From positions 10,857 to 74,856 of the forward strand of contig CALMJU010000081.1 in NCBI GenBank assembly GCA_937864465.1: a stretch of 64,000 nucleotides of DNA, written 5' to 3'. Shown here one piece after another: positions 7,728 through 15,400 of this stretch (position 1 is the stretch's first letter; every line of letters begins with the position of its first letter). Under the pieces are notes generated by a model that made no database searches, had not been told where the DNA came from, and saw only the letters and a program-made list of their open reading frames with translations. Source of the stretch: an uncultured Acidobacteriota bacterium. Lineage in GTDB: Bacteria; Acidobacteriota; Polarisedimenticolia; Polarisedimenticolales; JAIQFR01. The position numbers and the translations under genes were made by a program.

Positions 7728-9193
7728 GAAGGGCGGCCGTCGGTCCCCTTGCGGTCGCCGCGCTGGTAGCTCTCGGAGTGCTGGCCGCCGCGGGAGCCTC
7801 TCGCCTCGGGACCTGGCTCGATCTCCGGAAGGACCCCGCACGCCTGGTTCCCGCCTCGGGCCTTCTCCTTTCCGTCGCCGCCGACGATCTGCGAGGGCGC
7901 ATCGAGGATCTCCGCGCGATCCCCGTGTACCGCTCCCTCGTCGGGAGGAACCGGAGGCGCCTCCTCGCTCGATGGCTGGACTGGGACGACGCCGTGCCGG
8001 ATCCGCTCGACGCGATCCCGCCCGACGGCCCGAGCGCGGTCGGCCTCTACGCCGCGGGATGGGCCCTCGTGCGCCCCGCCGCGGAGCCGGGGACGCCGGA
8101 TCTCCCGCAGCGACGAGACGGCTCGTTCCTGGTCGTCGCGTCTTCCGCTCGAATCCTGGGCTCCGAGGGATCGCGCACCTCGGGGCCGATCCGTGCGCCG
8201 GACGACGCGGTCGTCGTGCGCCTCGATCTCGCCCCCTCCCTCGCCTCCTCGCCCCGTGGCCGCCTCGCGTGGGCCCGGTTGCTTCCGGACGAGGCGGCCG
8301 GGAGCGTTCGAGCGTCCGGCGGACGCCTGCGCGAGATCTGGAGGCTGCGCTGCGCCTCCAATTGCTGCCTCGACCTCCTGGATCCCGAGCCCCGAGAGGG
8401 ATGCGAGGCGCAAGGGTGGGCCGCGATCCCGCCGCACGCGCTCGCGATCGAGTGGCTGCGACTCTCCCCCGAGCGCCTCGGCTCCTGGGCGGCGACGGCC
8501 GAGGCGGAGGACCCCGAGGGGGCCCTCGGCCGGATCCGCCGCATCGAGCGCTTTCTCGGGGTCCCCTTTCTGGCCGAGATCGGCGCCGCGCTCGCCGGCC
8601 CGTGCGTCGTCGCGGCGGTTCCGGCCGCCTCTTCCGGCACCGAGCCCCTGTTCGTCTTCGACCTCCGCTCCCCCGATCGCGCGCGGGCCGTTCTCGACCG
8701 CGTCGTCGCGCTGGCCGTGCTGAGCGGATCCGTCGTCGAGGAGCCGTATCGCGGAGTGCCGATCGCCACCTGGCGGGGCGGGAGCGCCCGCGACGGCATC
8801 GAGCCCTCGGCAGCCGTGGACGGGAACCTCCTCCTCCTCGGGCTCCGCCGCCTCGCCCTGCGCGATGCCATCGATCGGAGACGCTCCGCCCCCGGGCTCC
8901 GATCAGGAGCGCCTCTCCGTCGGGAGATGGACGCGCTCGGCCCGGGCTCCTGGAAGGCGGTGAGCCGCTCGCCGCAGCTCCTCGAATCGTGGGGAATCGC
9001 ACTCGGTCTCGGCGCGGGGTCGCCTGCAGGGTCCGTCGAGTCCCGAGGCGTGCTCGCCCGCGAGGGCGACGGCTGGGTCCTCCGCGGCGACGGAACCGCC
9101 CCCGCGTGGCTCGCCGATCAGGTTCTCCCCTGCCTTCGCCGCCTCGCGCGCTCGCTGCGACTCTCCGGGCCGACCAGCGCCTCAAGAAGGTGA
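7724..9193 (+). CDS. membrane-anchored hypothetical protein
   Basis: This is the last 489 codons of track ORF 4643..9193, starting at GTG 7724. The start VRRAAVGPLAVAALVALGVLAAAGAS contains a single N-terminal hydrophobic segment. The composition is coding-like (W, F, Y, C, I present), unlike the Arg/Pro-rich upstream part of the same track ORF. I recognise no family. Confidence 0.7.
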   Translation: MRRAAVGPLAVAALVALGVLAAAGASRLGTWLDLRKDPARLVPASGLLLSVAADDLRGRIEDLRAIPVYRSLVGRNRRRLLARWLDWDDAVPDPLDAIPPDGPSAVGLYAAGWALVRPAAEPGTPDLPQRRDGSFLVVASSARILGSEGSRTSGPIRAPDDAVVVRLDLAPSLASSPRGRLAWARLLPDEAAGSVRASGGRLREIWRLRCASNCCLDLLDPEPREGCEAQGWAAIPPHALAIEWLRLSPERLGSWAATAEAEDPEGALGRIRRIERFLGVPFLAEIGAALAGPCVVAAVPAASSGTEPLFVFDLRSPDRARAVLDRVVALAVLSGSVVEEPYRGVPIATWRGGSARDGIEPSAAVDGNLLLLGLRRLALRDAIDRRRSAPGLRSGAPLRREMDALGPGSWKAVSRSPQLLESWGIALGLGAGSPAGSVESRGVLAREGDGWVLRGDGTAPAWLADQVLPCLRRLARSLRLSGPTSASRR

Positions 9194-9203
9194 GCGCCGC
9201 AGG

Positions 9204-9884
9204 TCATGGGGCCGCGACGAGATCCTCCGCGCGGCCGAGCACCCGCACGACGTAGTCCAGGGTCTCGCGATACGGCGGGATCCCTCCGTGGCGATCCACC
9301 GCCGCTTCTCCCGCGTTGTAACCGGCGAGAGCCAGATCGGTCTTCCCCTGGAAGCGGTCGAGCAGCCACCGCAGGTACCTCGCGCCCCCCTCGAGATTCT
9401 GCTCCGCGTCGAAGACGTCCCTGGTGCCGAACCGCCGGGCCGTCCCGGGCATCAGCTGCGCGAGGCCGCAGGCCCCTCTCGAGGAAACCGCGAACGGGTC
9501 GAAATTCGATTCGACCTTGACGATCGCCGTCAGGAGCTCCGGATCCACCCGGTTGCGCGAGGCGGCCGCCGCGATCCGATCGGCGTACGACCCCGCCACC
9601 TCCCGCCAGCGCGCCTCCGGCCGCAACGCTTCCGCGAGGAGTCCCGCCGCCGCCGCGAGGTCCCCCTGGGGAGCCGCGTCCGGCCGGACCTCCTGCCCCG
9701 CGATCCTCGCGGCGGGAACGACGAGGTTCCCTCCCTCCGCGAGCTCCAGATAGGCCTGCCCGTCCCGGATCTCCACGCTTCGGACGGCTAGGGCGCGCCC
9801 GTCGTCGAAGACGACCAGGGGGCCTCCCACCGCCGCCCCCCCGGCGCACACCGCCATCGCGAGGAAAAGGACCGCGCCGCGCAT
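9204..9884 (-). CDS. lytic transglycosylase (SLT domain) with signal peptide
   Basis: 226 aa from ATG 9884: MRGAVLFLAMAVCAGGAAVGG... The SLT catalytic region is present (LLTAIVKVESNFDPFAVSSRGACGLAQLMPGTA...AGYNAGEAAV). Confidence 0.9.
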   Translation of the reverse strand: MRGAVLFLAMAVCAGGAAVGGPLVVFDDGRALAVRSVEIRDGQAYLELAEGGNLVVPAARIAGQEVRPDAAPQGDLAAAAGLLAEALRPEARWREVAGSYADRIAAAASRNRVDPELLTAIVKVESNFDPFAVSSRGACGLAQLMPGTARRFGTRDVFDAEQNLEGGARYLRWLLDRFQGKTDLALAGYNAGEAAVDRHGGIPPYRETLDYVVRVLGRAEDLVAAP

Positions 9885-9891
9885 GCCATTC

Positions 9892-9920
9892 TTTATACGG
9901 AAGCTCCCCGGAACCGTCAA
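9892..9920 (-). promoter_or_regulatory. sigma70-type promoter for the SLT gene; predicts a leaderless or near-leaderless mRNA
   Basis: The minus strand reads TTGACG (9920-9915), a 17-nt spacer, then TATAAA (9897-9892), then GAATGGC, then ATG (9884). Only 7 nt separate the -10 from the start codon, and there is no SD. The -35 abuts the mutL stop (9922-9924). Confidence 0.5.
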
Positions 9921-9921
9921 C

Positions 9922-11697
9922 TCAGCGCCTCCGGAAGGCCCGCTCGATCTCGTCGAACGAAAGACGAAAGAGCACCGGCCTCCCGTGCGGGCACGTCGTG
10001 GGGCTCGAGGTCGAGAAGAGGCTCTCGAGCAGGGCGGCCATCTCCCCGCGGGACAGCGGATCGCTCGCCTTGACCGCGGCCCGGCAGGCCGCCGTCGTCA
10101 CGAGCCGCCGTCTCAGGCTCCCCACCGACGAGGCGGCGGACCGGCTCCGACCGGCCTCCCCCACGAGCTCCCGGAACAGCGCCGCGGCGTCGACGCCGGC
10201 CGCCAGGGACGGCACGGCGTCGAGCCGGACCGTGTTCCCTCCGAACGCTTCCAGACGGAACCCGAGGCGACGGAACTCCTCGATCTCCTCCTCGACGACC
10301 GCGAGCTCGTGGGGCAGGAGCTCGACCGCGAGCGGGAACAGGAGCGCCTGCGTCTCCGCGGCGCCCTCCTCCACCTGCCGCAGGAACCGCTCGAACAGGA
10401 TCCGCTCGTGCGCGGCATGCTGGTCCACGACGACCACCGCTTCCCCGTCGTCCGCGAGGATGTACGCGCCCCGGAACTGCGCCAGGGGAACCGGGGCCGC
10501 TCGCTCGTCGCGCCGGAACGAAAGCCCACCGGCCTCGCCCTCTCGCCCATCGCCGAGGTCGATCGCGCGGATCTCCGGCTCGACCCCGGGTGCCGACCAC
10601 GCCGCGGCGGGGGGAGCCGGAGGCGTCTCGCCCCGATCCCGGCTCGCCGGAGCGCCCTCTGCCACGCGCTCCGACCCGGAAGGGCGCAGGTCCTCCAGCC
10701 GCGGAACCGCGCGGCGTCCCGAGAGCGTCGAGGCCAAGGAGTCCCGCACCAGATCGTGCACCCACGACGACCGGGAGAAGCGCACCTCCAGCTTCTGCGG
10801 GTGCACGTTGACGTCGACTCCCCCCGGATCGATCTCCAGGAACAGGACGACCGTCGGGAATCGGCCTCCCGCGACGGTGTTCGCGTACGCTTCGGCGACG
10901 GCGTGGGAGAGCACCCGGTCCTGCACCACCCGCCCGTTCACGAACAGGTGCTGCGCGCCTCGACGGGGCTGGGCGTCGGCGGGGCGCCCCGCCAAGCCGT
11001 GCACCCGGGCCCCCTCGCGCTCGAGCGAGAACGGGACGAGCCGCCGCGCCGCGTCGGGGCCGAAGAGTCGCGCGGCGCGCCCTTCGAGGCTCGCGGTCCC
11101 CGGAAGATCGAGAAGGTGGGACTCGCCATGCCGCAACGAGAACCGCACACCCGGCCACGCCAGGGCGTATCGCGTCGCCCACCGCAGAACGTGGGAGATC
11201 TCCGTGGCTTCCGAGCGCAGGAACTTGCGCCGCGCGGGAACGTTGAAGAACAGCGACTGGACGTCGATCGAGGTGCCTCGCGGCAGCCCCGCCTCGCGCA
11301 CCGAGACGATCCTCCCCGCCCGCACCTCGATCTCGCTCCCCTGCCCGTCTCGGACGGCCGAGCGCAGGAGGAGCCGGGAGACCGCCGAGATGCTCGGGAG
11401 CGCCTCGCCGCGAAACCCCAGCGTCGAGATCGCCTCGAGGTCTCCTGCTTCGGAGAGCTTGCTCGTCGCGTGGCGCTCGAGCGCGAGAAGCGCGTCGTCC
11501 CGGTCCATCCCGCAGCCGTCGTCCCGCACGCGAATCCGGCGCTTCCCCCCGGACTCCACGACGATCTCCACGGACGAGGAGCCGGCGTCGAGGCTGTTCT
11601 CGACCAGCTCCTTGACGACCGACGCGGGGCGCTCCACCACCTCTCCCGCCGCGATCCGGTTGACGATCTGGTCGCTGAGGACCCGGATCCTCCCCAT
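9922..11697 (-). CDS. mutL: DNA mismatch repair protein MutL (endonuclease-motif type)
   Basis: 591 aa: MGRIRVLSDQIVNRIAAGEVVERPASVVKELVENSLDAG (GHKL ATPase). The C-terminal DQHAAHERILFE and CPHGRP motifs are those of endonuclease-proficient MutL. Confidence 0.96.
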   Translation of the reverse strand: MGRIRVLSDQIVNRIAAGEVVERPASVVKELVENSLDAGSSSVEIVVESGGKRRIRVRDDGCGMDRDDALLALERHATSKLSEAGDLEAISTLGFRGEALPSISAVSRLLLRSAVRDGQGSEIEVRAGRIVSVREAGLPRGTSIDVQSLFFNVPARRKFLRSEATEISHVLRWATRYALAWPGVRFSLRHGESHLLDLPGTASLEGRAARLFGPDAARRLVPFSLEREGARVHGLAGRPADAQPRRGAQHLFVNGRVVQDRVLSHAVAEAYANTVAGGRFPTVVLFLEIDPGGVDVNVHPQKLEVRFSRSSWVHDLVRDSLASTLSGRRAVPRLEDLRPSGSERVAEGAPASRDRGETPPAPPAAAWSAPGVEPEIRAIDLGDGREGEAGGLSFRRDERAAPVPLAQFRGAYILADDGEAVVVVDQHAAHERILFERFLRQVEEGAAETQALLFPLAVELLPHELAVVEEEIEEFRRLGFRLEAFGGNTVRLDAVPSLAAGVDAAALFRELVGEAGRSRSAASSVGSLRRRLVTTAACRAAVKASDPLSRGEMAALLESLFSTSSPTTCPHGRPVLFRLSFDEIERAFRRR

Positions 11698-11829
11698 CGC
11701 TCCTCCACCGGCCCCGCCGCCGCTTCAGGACGCCCCGCGTCATTTTTGCACACGACCGGCATCGTGGTGTCAGCGCGACGCGCCCGGACGGGCCGAGGCG
11801 GATTTCCTAGTATGCCAGTCGGGATGGTA

Positions 11830-11877
11830 GGCGGAAAATGGGACCGCCAACGTCGTTTTGCGGCCCAAATTTCCGCC
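11830..11877. repeat. imperfect inverted repeat / long stem-loop in the mutL-sigma fragment spacer
   Basis: The left arm is GGCGGAAAATGGGACCGCC (11830-11848). The reverse complement of the right arm GCGGCCCAAATTTCCGCC (11860-11877) is GGCGGAAATTTGGGCCGC. This gives 8 consecutive pairs plus two 3-bp blocks, interrupted by a small internal loop and a bulge. Confidence 0.4.
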
Positions 11878-11953
11878 CGGCGGCGCCCACGTCCGCCCTC
11901 CCAGGTCGGCACGATCGTTGCTCAGCGTTTCGCCGAGGGGTAAGGAGCCGACG

Positions 11954-12313
11954 ATGCTGATCCCGATGTTGCAACGAGAGCTCTCGATCGACGATTACGT
12001 CGATCACGAGGAAGAGTGCAGGCTCGGAACACTCATCGCCGACCCGAACAGCGACAGCCAGGAGCAGAGGCTGTACGCCAAGGAGGTCACGCTGCTCGTC
12101 GACCGCGCCCTGGGGAACCTCGACGAGCGGGAGCTCCACATCATCCGGAATCGCTTCGGCCTCCACGGCGGGAGCGAGATGACCCTCGAGGAGATCGGCA
12201 GGGGCCTCAACTTGAGCCGGGAACGAGTGCGGCAGCTCGAGAGGGAAGCCAAGGACAAGCTGCGCGCGACCCTCGGACGCCACCGCGGGAACCTGCGCTT
12301 CTCCTTGGCCTGA
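11954..12313 (+). CDS. orphan sigma-70 family C-terminal fragment (regions 3.2-4 only); intact ORF, either a stand-alone domain protein or a gene remnant
   Basis: 119 aa from ATG 11954, preceded by AAGGAG (11942-11947). ELSIDDYVDHEEECRLGTLIADP resembles region 3.2. LDERELHIIRNRFGL resembles region 4.1. MTLEEIGRGLNLSRERVRQLEREAKDKLR resembles the region 4.2 HTH of RpoD/RpoS-like sigmas. No region 1.2-3.1 sequence is present in any frame of the 256-nt upstream spacer. Confidence 0.6.
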   Translation: MLIPMLQRELSIDDYVDHEEECRLGTLIADPNSDSQEQRLYAKEVTLLVDRALGNLDERELHIIRNRFGLHGGSEMTLEEIGRGLNLSRERVRQLEREAKDKLRATLGRHRGNLRFSLA

Positions 12314-12333
12314 GAGCCGCGCGAACGCTTCAC

Positions 12334-12390
12334 GGCCCGCCGGCGCACGTTGTTTGCCCCCCGCGGCGCCGGCGGGCCATCTTTCTTCTC
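12334..12390 (+). terminator. intrinsic terminator after the sigma fragment (convergent with the end of the TamB-Omp85 ORF)
   Basis: A perfect 13-bp stem pairs GGCCCGCCGGCGC (12334-12346) with GCGCCGGCGGGCC (12366-12378) across a 19-nt loop. It is followed by the T-rich ATCTTTCTTCTC. Confidence 0.6.
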
Positions 12391-12426
12391 GGGAGAGCCG
12401 ACCGCGCGAGCTTCCTCGCGCCCGGG

Positions 12427-15400
12427 TCAGAACAGAATTCCGATCGCGAAGTAGAACTGACCCGGCGTCTCGTCCGGACGCCGGTCGAGCTTCCAGGCGT
12501 ACTCCGCCCGCACCGGCCCGATCGGCGTCAGGATCCTGAGACCGACCCCGGCATCCTCTCGAAGCCCCTCCGCGTCGATGCTCGAGAGGTCCTCCCACAC
12601 GCTCCCCGCGTCCGCGAAGAGCACCCCCCGAACCGGACCCCGCACCGGGAAGAGCCACTCCACGTTGACGATTCCGAGCGCCTCCCCTCCCGAGGGAATC
12701 CCCTCGACCGACGGGCCCACGGCGTCGCGCGCGAAGCCGCGGAGCGTCGACTCCCCCCCGGCGAAGTACCGCTCGGACAGCGGAACGCGATCCGTCGAGC
12801 CGAGGGGCAGCGCGAGGCCCAGCCGCGCCGCCCCCGAGACCGACACGTCGTTCCGGTACGTCTTCGTGAACGCCCCCCGAAGGAACAGCTTCGCGAACGT
12901 CTCCTCGGAGAGGAGCAGCGGCCCGAACACCGACAGCTCGGCGCTCGCGATCCCACCCCGAGTCGGGGAGAACACGTCGTCCCTCGTGTTCCGCACGACC
13001 GCGAAGGAGAGGTTCCCGAGCTGCACGTCCTCCAGCTTGTCCTCGAGGGCCGCGAGGGCGTCCTCCACGTTCGACAGCGTGACGTCCTGGTAGCTGTAGC
13101 GCAGGTGCCCGACCCACCCCGGCTTCGGACGCCGCTCGACACGGAAGCCGAGCGAGCGGGTGAACACGTCGTAGCCCGTCTCCTCGCGGCGCTCCCGGAA
13201 GATCGTGAACAGCGTGTCGAGCCTTCGGCCGAACAACCGCGGCTCCCGCGCGACCACCTGCATCCGGTTCTCCACGCCGCTGTACTTCCCCTGCAGCGCC
13301 ACGCTTCGCCCATACCCCCCGACGTTGTCGTGCCCCAAGGAGTACGTGGCCTGCGCCCCTCCCTCCGTGTCGTATCCCAGTCCCGCGGACACGTGGTAGG
13401 GGGCCGCCTCCTCGACCGAGATCCGGACGTCCTGCCCGCCCCCTCCGGCGCCGCCGCCCGGCGGGAAGTCGACTCGGACGCTCCGGAAGATCCCGAGCTG
13501 GTACAGGCGCCGCTGGGTCTCGAGGAGCCGCGCCCTCGACGCGGGATCCCCCGGAGCGAAGCCAACCTCGCGGAGCACCGTCGCGTCGCGCGTCCGCTCG
13601 TTCCCCTCGATCCGTACCGAGGCGACCGTCTTGCGCTGGCCCGGGGCGACGTCGAACTCCACGACGACTCCCCCGGAGTCGTCCGCGGATGTGCGGAGCT
13701 CGACGCGAACGTCGGGGTACCCCATCTCGTCGAAGCGCGCCCGGAGGGCGTTCTCGGCGCGGAGCCCGCGCGCGGGAGAGAAGACCTCCCCTTTCTCGAT
13801 CCCGGCCCATGCGCGCATCGTCGCCGGCGGGACGACGAGCCCCTCGGGAACGCGCACCTCCCTCACCGTGAAGCGGCGCCCCTCCTCGATCCGGAACGTG
13901 ACCGACGCTTCGCGGCCGTCGAGAGACAGGCTCACCTCCGGATCCCCGACCCGGACGCCCAGGAACCCGCGCTCCAGGTAGAGCGCGCGGATCGTGGCCG
14001 CGTCCTGTCGTAGCCCCTCCGAGTTCACGTGGCGCCGGCTCCACGCCGTGTCGGGACGTGTCATGAGGTGGCTCCGGATCTCGTCCCGCGAGAGCGACTC
14101 CCCTCCTTCGACGGAGACCTCGGCGATCCGAACGCGCCTTCCGCGATCCACCGAGTACCGGACGAGCTTCCGCACGCCGCGGAGGTTCTCCTCGCGGACC
14201 ACGTCGACGGCGTAGTAGCCGCGGTCGCGGAAATATCGGCGAATCTCCTCCTCTCCGTCCGCCGTGAGGTCCTCGGGCGCCGCCGGCTCGCCCCACAGCC
14301 CGACGAGGCGCCGGCGGATGCGCCGGCGATCCCAGATGGGGACGCCTCGAATTTCCAGATCGACCTCCGGTCCCGGCTCCACGCGGTAGGTCACCGCCAC
14401 CCCGCCCTCGATCTCGACCGCCTCGGGGATCACTCGGGCGAGGAAGCGGTCCCGGGCCGCCTCCGCTCGGCGGATCTCGTCGGCGCTCTCCATCATCCGC
14501 GACCGCCGGAACGCGTCGCCCTCGCGGAGCGGAAGCTTTCTCGCGAGGCGCGCCCCCTCCTCGGAACCCGCCCCCGCGAAGGCGACCGACTCGACCGTCA
14601 TGCCGTCGAGGGAGGCGCCCGCCGAGGCGACCGGCAACGGTTGCGGGGAGAACAGCCCGCGGGGGCGGCCGAGCCGGAACCTCCGCGAGTACCGGATGTC
14701 CCCCGCGCTCGATCCGCTCGTGTCGTAGAGACCGGCGATCTGAAAATGCCGCGTCGCCTGCCACTCCACCTTGTAGATGCTCTTCTCCGCATCCCCGAGA
14801 TCGACCGAGTACACCAGTCGCACGTCCTCCGCCAGCTTCTTCCCGACGGTGACGCGGGTCGACGGATCGGCTTGCCCTTCGACGAGGAACGGGTCGATCC
14901 GCAGCTGGTCGAGGCCGAACGACTTCTTGATCGGCTCCCCGAGGACGCCCGCCACCGCGCCGGCCACGTAGGCGCCCGACACGTGGCTCGCGGCGAGCCC
15001 CCCGGCCCCGACGCCCGCCGCGACCTCGCTCCAGTCCTCGGCCGTGCTACCGGTCAGGAGCAGCGCCATGACGTCCTGCTGCGAGAGCGGGGGATCGCTC
15101 GTCAACTCGTAGTCGAACTTCTCGAGCCTCCCTTCCGCGCGCAACCGCACGTCGTACCGATCCACGCGCGTCTCCGCGCTCACCGCGAGGTAGGGATCGA
15201 TTCGATCCGGGTCGCTGAAGTCGAGCGTGCCGGAGAGGATCCGGTAATCGACCCCGCGAAACGTCAGCACTCCGCCCTCGAGCGCGGAGATCCGGCCGAT
15301 CACCTCCGGTCTCTCGAGGTCGCCGCCGAGATCGAGGGACACCGCCGATTCGAGCCTCGCCATGTTGTTCCGAACCCACACGCCGTCCTCGGCCCGCACC

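Noticed and set aside
6052-9185. Long minus-strand ORFs 6052..7902 (616 aa) and 7281..9185 (634 aa).
   Set aside because: These are extreme Arg/Pro/Gly runs (RRRR, PRGR repeats) with no motifs, lying opposite the better-supported plus-strand genes.
11698-11953. Possible frameshifted N-terminal remainder (regions 1.2-3.1) of the sigma gene upstream of 11954.
   Set aside because: I translated the spacer in all three forward frames by eye. I found nothing resembling region 2 or 3.1 motifs, and the spacer abuts the mutL start.
12427-14601. The Omp85 module as an independent gene starting at ATG 14601.
   Set aside because: There is no stop upstream in frame, so ribosomes translating the TamB part would read through. 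The would-be N-terminus (MTVESVAFAGAGSEEG) has no signal peptide, and no alternative start supplies one. I kept it as part of one ORF but flagged the frameshift caveat in the findings.
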